Below the pieces are notes generated by a model. The model was not told where the DNA came from, did no database searches, and saw only the letters and a program-made list of their open reading frames with translations. From Octopus vulgaris (taxonomy: Eukaryota): a stretch of 64,000 nucleotides of DNA. Position 1 is the first letter of the stretch. Every line of letters begins with the position of its first letter. The position numbers were made by a program, and so were the translations under genes. The DNA lies in NCBI GenBank assembly GCA_951406725.2, contig OX597817.1, forward strand, positions 93,372,001-93,436,000, in the 5' to 3' direction. Shown in pieces: positions 40,765 through 52,104 of the stretch.

Positions 40765-41250
40765 CTAAAAAATGAGAAAATTAAATACAAAATAATTAAA
40801 CCAATTTAAGAATAAATTTGACGAAGATGTTTTGAAACTAATGGACGACCTTAATAGATATTTAAACACAAATTATATGAAAAACACACCTGCACATTTA
40901 ATCATAGATATGACACAGACTATGAAGAGAAACAGAGCAAAACCCTCATAATATGGGAACACGACTGTGTGCTAACTAAACGTATATTTGTAATTAGAGT
41001 CAAATACACAAGTATACAATGGATAATGTACCCCATGATACACAAAAAGACGAGAATAGTTTTTACCTTAGATCTGCTTGATCAGAACTTACTAGGGCTA
41101 AAGTCTAACAAGAGCCTCAGAATTAAAATCAATACAGACATACACACACACACATATATATATATATAGTCAATAAAGCATATATCAGAAGAGAAGCACA
41201 CTCTAAAGAATAGAGCAGTAATTATTACACCAAAAAATTAAATTTTGGAC

Positions 41251-41315
41251 ATAGAGTTACTGAAGGTTTCGTATCCACAAAACCAAAGCCTTGTGGACAG
41301 CTCGTCAGACTCTAT
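41251..41315 (-). ncRNA. Type I hammerhead ribozyme motif (complete core)
   Basis: ATAGAGT-CTGACGA-GCTGTCCACAAGGC(TTTG)GTTTTGTGGATAC-GAAAC-CTTCA-GTA-ACTCTAT: 7-bp stem I, CUGANGA, long stem II, GAAA, 2-bp stem III and a GUA cleavage triplet. Confidence 0.8.
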
Positions 41316-41959
41316 ACTACAAACACAAAAAATTAAACTTTCTACGTCACGGACGTAAGGAAACTCTCTAACTTCTGCCAATGATATATATGCATATTAT
41401 ACATATATGTGTAAAAAAATCTCATCATGCAATCAAACCAATGAAAGAGCCTCAACACGCTAAAAATAGCAGCCAATGTATCCTCCTACCCAGTATTTTA
41501 TAAGGTAAAATCCTAAATTATTAATTGACACATTATTAATTATCTTATAGCAGCAATGTCTGGGAAAATATTGGATTACATGGAAAAATGTGAGCAGGAA
41601 AAGTAATATTCTTAAGATTATAAACCTGGAAAAGTACAGGACAAGTTACTACACCTGTAAAAGTATAGGACAAACAAGTAAGGTAAAGAATAAGAAACTT
41701 TTTACTTAAAATATTGCAGCTAAAATTAAAATTTGAATATTAAACTTGCTTTATTATAGTTTATGAATAACACTCTATTTATTTAAGTAGAATTTGGCTA
41801 ATTGACTAATTAGACAAACTTACGAATTAGCTGGATAATGTTTTGTACAATAAATTTAAAAGATGAGAACTGTAAAGAGTGATAAATTAGAAGAACTGGC
41901 ATTCTTTGCTGCAATATTTTAAGCGATAACTTTCTTTAGTCTTGCAAATCGAACCCAGA

Positions 41960-42180
41960 GTTTGGGGGAACAAACACAGACACACAAACATACACACACA
42001 CACATATATATTTATATACATATACGACGGGCTTCTTCCAGTTTCCGTCTACCAAATCCACTCACAAGGCTTTGGTCGGCCCGAGGCTATAGTAGAAGAC
42101 ACTTGCCCAAGGTGCCACGCAGTGGGACTGAACCCATGACCATGTGGTTGGTAAGCAAGCTCCTTACCACACAGCCACAT
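41960..42180 (-). mobile_element. SINE family 2, partial (other partial copies at 48465-48625 +, 48930-49090 -, 51174-51512 -, 53205-53370 -)
   Basis: Shared GACGGGCTTCTT.CAGTTTCCGTCTACCAAATCCACTCACAAGGCTTTGGTCGGCCCGAGG block. Confidence 0.85.
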
Positions 42181-42319
42181 GTACGAAAATTTATGTCAAC
42201 ACAACATTATTAAGGTAATCCAAATTGTAGAAATTCTAACTGAATATCTGAAAAAATTTTAGCTGTTAAAAAATGCTAACAAAAAGAAACGCCAAACCAA
42301 ATTTAACTTTAGACATTCA

Positions 42320-42717
42320 CCAGCAGTATCGAACGGCGTTGCTCGGGTCTGTTTCGACCCTTTAGAATTGGAATTTTTGATAAGTAAAAATTTTGCATTA
42401 TGTAGCTTGTTATTCTCTTTAAGTGAAACATTTTTTCTGGTTGAAATACACTGAAAAATGCCGACACAGCAGTCAAAAATCGTAAAAAAAAATAGGGATT
42501 TTCATAGAAAAAAAGCACCTTTTTGATGTAAATAATTTTTGGTGTTAACATGGTCCGATTTGATTTTTTTTTCTTCTACGGAAGGAAGAGCAAGCCTTCT
42601 TCTATCATATTTTCAATTTTGGTCAACTTGCGACGCAGGGTCTCGGAGGAGATAGTGTTAGTTGAAGGCTACCAAACATGCCATACACAGACAACTTCAG
42701 CTTTATATATAGAGAGA
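42320..42717 (-). mobile_element. Non-autonomous Helitron-like element
   Basis: Minus strand A|TCTCTCTATATATAAAG...CCCGAGCAACGCCG...CTGG|T: TC start, subterminal hairpin remnant, CTRR end and an A/T target. Confidence 0.65.
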
Positions 42718-43281
42718 TTCATTCAATCAAGAGCGACGTCATTAAATATAAAGTACCATACTAATTCCATAATTTTTGACAACTTGAAATCTACATTAAA
42801 AAAAAAAACTAACGTAGAAAACGAATATATTTATCTACTAAAATTGATGACGGCGCTGGATATCTAAAGAACAAAAATTGCTGACAAGAATTCTACATTA
42901 TGCTTAATAGATAACTAAAGAATAAAAGCGACAAATAATAATTCTACGCAATATACTTACATACCTTACGTCGCAATAATCATAATATTTATTCATTTAA
43001 TATAATAAACCCTTCTATAGGAATTAACCTTTTTTTTATAATAACTGAAGAATTAATTTATTAAACAACATATACAACCACTGAGGATCTCACTGGATAA
43101 TTAAAAAAATAAAAATTACAGAAAAAACAACGAAATATCTGTTTATTCATTATAATAGTCTCTTATATAGGAATTAACCTTATATAAATATTGAAAAATT
43201 ATAATTAATAATAATATATACAATTATTGATGACTACGCTTAACAACTGATGACTAAAAATAACGGATAAGATAATTAAAC

Positions 43282-43672
43282 AGGCGTAGGAGTGGCTGTG
43301 TGGTAAGGAGCTAGCTTACGAACCACATGCTTCCGGATTCGGTCCCACTGCGTGGCACCTTGGGCAAGTGTCTTCTACTTATAGCCTCGGGCCGACCAAA
43401 GCCTTGTAAGTGGATTTGGTAGACGGAAACTGAAAGATGCCCGTCGTATATATGTATATATATGTATGCGTATGTGTGTATATATTTGTTCCCCCACAAC
43501 ATCGCTTGACAACAGATGGTGGTGTGTTTACGTCCCCGTAACTAAGCGGTTCGGCAAAAGAGACCGATAGAATAAGTGCTAGGCTTACAAAGAATAAGTC
43601 CTGGGGTCGATTTGTTCGACTAAAGGCGGTGCTCCAACATAGCCTCAGTCAAATGACTGAAACAAGTAAAAG
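43282..43672 (+). mobile_element. SINE family 2, full length
   Basis: Head, internal (TA)n and tail, all as at 23837. Confidence 0.88.
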
Positions 43673-43959
43673 TGTACCAATTTATTTTTATATTACGCCC
43701 TTTTATAGGAATTAAGATTATCATATAATAATTGAAAAGTTACTATAATTAATACTATATACAATTCTTGATGATCTCGGTAGATAATTAAAAGAATAAA
43801 AATTATAGATAAGCATTCTACGTTCTACTTAATCGAAGCTTAGTTACTTTACAACGCTATAATTAATTACCTACTCATTATATTAAGCACTTTAATAGAA
43901 ATTAGCCTTATTATTTGATAATTAAATAAAAGATTATTATAATTAATAAATGAAGCATT

Positions 43960-44697
43960 TGAATGTCTTTCTAAATTTATGGCAACATCTTAAAGTTAGG
44001 TGCCCATTAAAATTCAATAAAATTAATTTTAAAATAATTATAAAATATAATTCTTCTAGGCAAAGATCACAAGTAGAATTACCAATATTATACGGTGCAT
44101 AACTAAGTCATATTTAATATTCTTATCATTTAAATTCCAAATGCATCTACTAAGATTAGTAGAAATACATTTTCTTCTATATTTAAAGGAATTAGAATGA
44201 TTATAAAAGTTAGATTTCTAACTAGTAGCAGAAGAAACAATATACCAATACTTACAATGTCTAGTTATTACTTCACACTGATATACTACATTCTTCGTTA
44301 AGCACTGATTTCCTAGAGTTTTGTTTACACAATTACACATGGATTTGTTCACTTGTAATTTGCCCTCATAGTTATAAGAATTTCTACTAGCACCTGTCTG
44401 TAAAATAGGTGTTAAGGTTGGATTATAATAATAATTTTTATTAGAATTAATATTAATACAAGGTAAAAGACTAACTATATTATCAGCATTTTGATAAATT
44501 ATTGAATCTAAACCTTGTGCCGAATGATTATCAATAACGTTAATTTCACTATACATATTATCAGTTCTATAATTATTTATAGATATAGAATTTAGACATT
44601 CTTCGATTCTCTGTCTATTTTGTGCTGCAATAATCTCAGCTAAATTTCTAGTGGTTTAATACGAAAACTTGGCGCTATGTTTATTAAATAATTTAAA
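43960..44697 (-). mobile_element. Penelope-like element fragment (linker and GIY-YIG endonuclease)
   Basis: KLFNKHSAKFSY, CNC...GNQCLTKNVVYQCEV...WYI and FYNHSNSFKY...STNLSRCIW resemble PLE endonucleases. Confidence 0.72.
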
Positions 44698-44716
44698 TAA
44701 GAATAATAATAATTTA

Positions 44717-44785
<69 letters not shown>

Positions 44786-44786
<1 letters not shown>

Positions 44787-45245
44787 GGGCTACAGTAAAT
44801 ATTGTGCTCAATACAACAGATTTGCTTGTCAGCTGTTTGGCCGTAACCAGTTGAGCATGTTCTTTGGTGGATAATGACATATGCGTTTTTGATCATGAAC
44901 AGAAGAATGGAGGAGCATCATAGCTATGTGTTGAGAGGAATTCTCTGGGGTTTGGATAATTTACCTCTGCAAACATGGGTGTTTCTTTCAACATCCTTAA
45001 ACAACTCCTATTCAAGGACCATTTGAGCGGGTTGGACCACTCGATCTGAAGAAAATTTTAACTAGGTCCCATCTGCAAGGTCATGCACTGTTCATCTTGA
45101 TATAGGATCGCCATGTCGTGCACATATGGTTGTGATGCATGTGCCTGATGTACCTTTATCAGACGTGTAAGCATGATGGGTATGCTGGGCTTCGTATATT
45201 TTATCCCAGTGTCACTTTGATGGCATGGACTGCTCTCTCACTCAA
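44786..45245 (+). repeat. TAA-tailed repeat (longer version of 3760-4071)
   Basis: Aligns with 3880-4071 plus an extra ~270-bp internal segment; lies between TAA runs. Confidence 0.65.
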
Positions 45246-45261
45246 TAATAATAATAATAAC

Positions 45262-45690
45262 TACAAATTTATGGATAAAAATTTTAATGGGAAACAACTC
45301 AATTTTTAAAAAAGTAATAATGACAAAAATGTTTATAGAAACAATAAGAATAGACCAACAAATATTATATGGTATAATACTCCATTTTCATATTCAATAG
45401 CTTCTAATACCCCTCGTAAATTCTTTGCAGCACTAGATAGGTATTTCCCACCTTCAAGTAAATATGGGAAATTATTTAATAGACATTAAATAATGTTAAG
45501 TTTTCGTATTCAACCACTAGAAATTTAGTTGAGGTTATTGCAGCACAAAGTAAACAGAGAATTGGAGAATATCTAAATTCCAAATCTATAAATAATTGTA
45601 GAACTGATAATATATATAGTGAAATTAATGCTATTAATAATCATTCAGTACAATGTTTAGATTCTATAAATGATCAAAATACTGATAATA
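45262..45690 (+). mobile_element. Penelope-like element fragment (thumb/linker)
   Basis: IIWYNTPFS...FFAALDRYFP...KLFNRH is a conserved PLE motif; 45468-45664 is an inverted copy of 44505-44697. Confidence 0.72.
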
Positions 45691-45815
45691 TATTACGTTG
45701 TGAATTTTTTGCCAAATAAACACACGCACTATATATTCGTCCTTCACTCGTTTATTACAGTTCTTATATACCTGAAGTATACATACATACATACATACAT
45801 ACATACATACATACA

Positions 45816-45878
<63 letters not shown>

Positions 45879-45908
45879 CAGCTTTCTAGTATATATATTT
45901 ATATTATG

Positions 45909-45959
<51 letters not shown>

Positions 45960-45962
<3 letters not shown>

Positions 45963-48260
45963 TTGTCTACACCTTATGCAGAGTTTGACCACCTCCTGTA
46001 CCTACATTTTAGAACAATCATGGTATCTGATCTCGTTTTTTAAACAAGACAATATTTTGAAAAGACACCCACATAGATTGCATATCCGATTTCGACCACC
46101 AAGAGCTGCAGATAAATTTTGATCTTTTGTGGGTCTTAAAATGTCTTTTGAGGTCTCTGTTAGATTTGCAGACCTTATGACATACATTGCATTAAAAGGT
46201 GTGCACAGACATATAGGCAGAATAGTTGGTGAAGGTTCGTTTTCCATGGGTTCACAAAAGAAAGGCATAGTCTGTCGCAAACTGTACACACAAACAATGG
46301 CATTGTGATTCACCTTCTCGATCGTAATACTGTTCCTTAAATCTCTCCTGAGTCTTGCATGCGTTATCCTGGCCTCTTCAAACGCTTTCACCCCATTCCA
46401 CACTTTTGTTTGCCATCCAGCTCGAACCGAAGCAAGGGTTTCTATGTCCTCTGCATCCATTCCAAGTGACTCCATAGTAGTCCTTATGTCGTCTTTAAAC
46501 CTTTTTTTATGTTTACGCCGATGGCATTTCCCCTCTCAAGCTCACCATAAAACAGTTGTTTGGATGTGCGTTCATCCGCCGTTCCAACAATATGGCTACA
46601 CCATCTCATTTGGTTCCTCAAAATCATAGCTTTATTTCAGGTGATGCCTGCAGATGCAAGGACACCAGTGTTTGGAGTAAAAAAAAATCCACTTAATGTT
46701 TAAAATGCGATGAAGGCATTTTTGGTGAAATTTTTCTAAAAGTTTTAAATGTCTTTCATAACATGTCCATGTTTCACAGGAATACAACAGGGATGGTAAA
46801 ACAAATGATTTGTAAAGAGCTAGCTTTGTATTGTTATTTATATGTCGCTGGCGCCAAACGCGTGACTCCAAGCCACCAAATGCTTGTACTGCACTTTGAA
46901 TTCACAGATATATTTCTGTATCTAGATTTCCATCATTTTGTACAGAGCTTCCAAGGTAGATGAACGAATCGACAACCTCAAATAATTTACCCTTAACAAA
47001 AATTTTAGTGGGTTTACAAACATCACCACATGCAGGGTTATACATTACAACTGTTTTTAACATTTTCTCTTTTTTCAAGTTGATAGTCAAGCCAAAATCA
47101 TTACAAGCTGAGTCAAATGCAAATACAAGAGATTGCAGACCTGATTCAGAATGACTGACAAGAACATCTTCCAATTATAGTCTGCACTTTTCTTTTCGGT
47201 TTTCTGTAAGCTTCAGCGGATGATGGTCTATGAAAAAGTGCAGAAAACTGTCCTACCCAGCGTTTGTGAATAGAAGCAGTGTCAGTCATTTGCTGTTCTC
47301 ACTGGAGCATTTGAACCAACTCTGAATGACATTTATTTAGCGGTGAATAAGCTGTATAACAATAAATCTCCAGGGTCTGGTGGAATCTGTGCAGAAGTCT
47401 TGAAATATGGGGGTGACAAAATGTTTGAATTTTTAAAAATATTAACTTGTCATTGTTGGAGAACTGAGAAAGTGCCTCAAGACTGAATTGATGCCCTTTT
47501 AATTTCCTTGAATAAATCGGTGCCAAAGGATCTGTGTGGTAATTTTCGTGGGATTTCGCTTTTGTCTGTGGTTGGAAAGGTACTTGCCCGCATTTTATTA
47601 GAACGTTTAAATACCTTCATAGTTTCAAATATGGCGTCTGAGTCTCAGTGTGGTTTTCGCTCCTCCAAGGGCACTGCTGATTGTATCTTTACTGTCAGAA
47701 AATTGCAAGAGAAATGCATTGAAAAGAATCTTGCTCTATATTGCTTTGTTGATTTGAGCAAAGCATTCGATACTCTTTATTGAAATGCTCTGTGGCCAAT
47801 TCTAAGGAAAATAGGTTACCCAGAAAGATATGAAAGCTAGAGTTAATTTTGGTGGTAGGCTCTCTGAATCTTTTGCCGTGGAAAATGGAGTGAAGCAAGG
47901 ACACCTTGATGCACCCGTACTCTTTGCAATATATTTTGCTGTTGTGTTGTCACACGTTTTTCAAAACTCTGTAGAGGGTATTTACATAAAATATCGGACA
48001 ACAGGGAATGTTTTTAATCTGATCAGACTGAAGTTCAAAACGAATATTTTTACTTCACTCATTGGGGAACTTTTATAAGCTGATGATTACGATCTTGTCA
48101 GTAATGACTTCTAAAAGTTTGTATTCTGTGTGTCATAAATCTCAGTAAGAAGCTGAGGCTTGAGCATCTTCTCTGTTTGCCATTTTGTTTGACTTTGACT
48201 GAAATTGTTTGGTATGCACTGGCCAGACCAAGGTACAGAACTTGAAGTCATATCGCATAG
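45960..48260 (-). mobile_element. RTE-clade LINE with an inverted segment (47175-48102 on +)
   Basis: Plus part: NFRGISLLSVVGK, ESQCGFR, CFVDLSKAFD, GVKQG, ADD. Minus part: FGLTINLKK, FIYLGS, LLYSCETWT, ITHARLRR. Confidence 0.85.
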
Positions 48261-48263
48261 TGT

Positions 48264-48299
<36 letters not shown>

Positions 48300-48623
48300 T
48301 TTAAATGTTAGAGTATTTTTTTTTAAGTTCGCAAGGATATAGAAAGGCTTTGTGAAGTAGAAAAGTTGAGAAGTAAAACATTTGTGCGAATGAAAATAAA
48401 ATTAAAAATACTCAGATGTTTTATGTTTAAATTCTTTAGTGTGTGTGTGTGTGTGTGTATCATAGGCGCAGACGTGACAGTGTGGTAAAAAGCTTACTTC
48501 CCAACCACATGGCTCCAGGTTCAGTCCTACAACGTGGAATCTTGGGTGTCTTCTACTATAGCCTCGGGCCATATAAAGCATTGTGAGTGGATTTGGTAGA
48601 CAGAAACTGAAAGAAGCCCGTCG

Positions 48624-48659
<36 letters not shown>

Positions 48660-49145
48660 ACAATATCTGTCTGTCTGCCCGCCTATCTGTTATCTACTTA
48701 GTGTCTAAACCACCAAACCAATATTCAGGAAACTTTGCACACATGTGACACTAATATCCAGTTCAATAAAAGGCAAATTGGATTTCAATAAAAAATCTAT
48801 AATGTACCCTCCAGAGGCGATGGGTGAATTATATAATAAAATGAGAAGGTTGCAAAAGTATAAGTCTGAGGTAGTAATGGAGAGAGGGTGACTTATATCA
48901 GTGAAGGTGAGAACAGCAGTGTGTGTGTGTGTACGACGGGCTTCTTTCAATTTCCGTCTACCAAATCCACTCACAAGGCTTTGGTCGGCCCGAGGCTATA
49001 GCAGAAGACTCTTACCCAAGGTGCCACGCAGTGGGATTGAACCCGGAACCATGTGGTTGGTAAGCAAGCTCCTTACCACACAGCCACTCCTACACCCGAT
49101 TCATGTTAGATGCTTTGTATTTTTATTCTTTTATTTTCTTCCTAA

Positions 49146-49512
49146 CTAAATCTTCCTTACTTTAACAAATGAACTTGAACTGCTAGAATCTCTCACCATA
49201 TAGCTTAAAGCTTGTTGGAATTGTTGGAAGAGGGTAGTGAGCTTTGTCATTATTTTAGATTGACTGTAATTGTTAATTGTTTTATAATAGGTATTGTCTC
49301 GAAGGAGAGCTTGGGTAGTGTTTATGCATTGTTCTGAATCCATGAGGATTCCCTTTATCAGCTTCTTTAATAACTATATTATGATCATTATTTACATTAT
49401 TTACACTCGACGGATATTTGTCCTCATCTTGTTTGTTGTTAACACAACATTTCGGCTGATATATCCTCCAGCCTTCTTCAGATGTCTTGGGGAAATTTCG
49501 GACCTGGGTTCG
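49146..49512 (-). mobile_element. Penelope-like fragment: hammerhead-bearing terminal repeat plus N-terminal DKG domain
   Basis: IVIKEADKG at ~49345-49375, followed by LLRDNTYYK; 49380-49510 matches 62050-62178. Confidence 0.7.
49441..49486 (-). ncRNA. Minimal type I hammerhead motif (decayed stem III)
   Basis: GACAT-CTGAAGA-A-GGCTG..CAGCC-GAAA-TGTT-GTGTT; C>T change after GAAA relative to the copy at 62077. Confidence 0.55.
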
Positions 49513-50900
49513 AAATCTTTCGATGTTGTTGTTGTTGTTCAGGTCACTGCTTCGAATCGATTAAACTAACCACGGGCATATGGCGTACTGGTTAAGAGCG
49601 CGGGCTACTAACTCCAAGTGGTAAACCTATTGGGTCATTTCTGAAAACTTTATCCAAAAAACCTGAAAGCGTAGCCTATGTTGTGTCTGTAAGGAAACAT
49701 AGTCGCTCATCCGCCACTTCCATTTCCACCACACCACCACCATCATCATCATCACCTCTCCCCACCTCTCTCTTTCTCTCTGTGCCTTTCTTTAACCTCT
49801 CCATCAGAACATCAGCCCTCCGTTAAAATTATTACGTTCGCCCTACCTCACGTTTTGGACGCTTCTTTTCTCTCCTTTTTTTTCTTTCTCTCTCTCTCTC
49901 TCTCTCTCTCTGTGCCTTTTATTCTTTTCCTCTCTTCCTTTTCTTTTTGCTCTCTTTCCCTTCAACTAATCACATGAAGTGTTACCGACGTGCTAAGTAA
50001 CGCAATGACAAACAGAATTATAAGATGTTGATCATAGGTCCAAAACACCTTGAACTTTCTATAAAGCACTCTTATCATTAATATCAATGATAGCCGGCGG
50101 ACAGAAGAGTCACTAGAGTGACACTCATCCCGGAGTGAGAGATAAGGTTCTAAAATCTGAACACAGAACTTCCTCCAAAACCCTCGACGTCATTTCTTCA
50201 ACCTAGATAACGAGACAGTATAATAACTTCTTTATTCATGGAGTCACGAGGCCACTTCTCTTTGCTGTCAGCAGCAAATCATTTTAGTGAAATAATTCTA
50301 TCAGGCACATGGCCATGGATTAATATGACTATTACATGATAAAGCAGGCAGACTCTTATATTTACTCTCATGATGTCATAAAACTATCAGAAAGTTTATC
50401 ATTGTCAGTCTGCGTTTCAATACACAGATAGATAAGATTAGTGTGTGTTTGTGCGTGAGTGTGTATATATGCCTGTGTGAATGTGAGTGCGCAAGAAGTG
50501 AAAATAAAGGTAACAACCGTTTCTAGATAACCTTCTGCATCCTTCTTGCCACCCTCACCACCATTCTCGCACTCGCCGTCTCCCTCGACAGCCTTTCAGA
50601 CACATATTCTTCTAGTCACCCACTTCGTTACCATTCTCACTACCATTCTCGCACTTTCTATCCCTCCTTCTCGCCATCTCCCTCCTCACCCTTTTAGTCA
50701 CCCTTCCAGCTACTTCAAGCCACTCTTCTAGTCATTCTTCTAGTGACCCTTCACGCCACCATTTATCCCTCCTCCTTGCCACAAACTCTAATTCCCCTTA
50801 TTGTTTACCCTCCTAGTCACTCTTCCCACCAACTTCGGGATTTAAACTGGCCAGCCAAAACACTTGTTAGTCTTACATTTACTGCAAAAGATCACGGTTG

Positions 50901-51135
50901 ATAAGGCGGCGAGCTGGCAAAAACGTTAGCACGCCGGGCGAAATGCGTAGCCGTATTTCGTCTGCCGTTACGTTCTGAGTTCAAATTCCACCGAAGTCGA
51001 CTTTGCCTTTCATCCTTTCGGGATCGATAAATTAAGTACCAGTTACGCTCTGGGGTCGATGTAATCGACTTGCTCCGTTTGTCTGTCCTTGTTTGTCCTC
51101 TCTTAGCTTAGCCCCTTGAGGGTAGTAAAGAAAGA
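50901..51135 (+). mobile_element. SINE family 1, well-preserved copy with 15-bp TSD
   Basis: TSD AAAAGATCACGGTTG at 50886-50900 and 51136-51150. Confidence 0.9.
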
Positions 51136-52036
51136 AAAAGATCACGGTTGCTGCTTTTCTGTCCTTCTCGCTGTTACTCATTTACTTGTTTTAGTCAGTA
51201 AACTGCAGCTATGCTGGAGCACCACCTTGAATCTTTTAAGTCGAATGAATCGAGCCCAGTACTTATTTATCTATTTATTTGTTAAGCCTGGTACTTATTC
51301 TATCGATCCCTGCCGAACCGCTAAGTTACAGGTATGTTAACAGACCAACACCGGTTATCAGGCAGTGAAGAGGGACAAACACAGACACACACACGCACAC
51401 AGACACGCGCGCACGCACACACACATAAATTCACAAAGCTTTGGTCGGCCCGCGGTGCCACATAGTGGGACTGAACCCAGAACCATGTGGTCGGGAAGTA
51501 AACTTCTTACCACTGTCAATATATCGATTGAAAAATGGAGGTCTCGAAATGGTGACTGTATCTGCCAGAAATGACAGCCAGCTATATTTGAAATCACACG
51601 TCATCGTCTTAATAAAAGTGAAGGACAGTAGATAACGTAGTCTTGACAGCTCCTAAGCTTCGGCATGGTCACGATTGGAATGACTTTGTTCATACGTCTA
51701 TTCGGTCAGAGTAGCTTAGAGTTAAATGACTACAACTTTGGCTATATTTTGAACACAGGAAACTGAAAAACATTTTTAGGTAAAAGAATAATAACTGGTT
51801 GTTTTTCCTTCACTAATTTGCAATAACATTTTTAAAAGGAAAAAGAACGCTGACAAAGTAATTCGATTACGATGATGATGACGTCAATGACGACGACGAC
51901 CATGATGATGATAATTTTGGCTATTGTGATGTGACGCTACGTAAGAGACATTTATCACGCCGCACTGAACACGTCTTGTCCCAGTGCGTGGTTCATAAAA
52001 GAAAATATTCTAAAATTAAATTTAAATCTCTCTCTT

Positions 52037-52104
<68 letters not shown>

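Noticed and set aside
50098-50132. CAGAAGA-GTCAC(TAGA)GTGAC hairpin resembling a hammerhead
   Set aside because: Core U mutated and GAAA missing; at most a dead relic.
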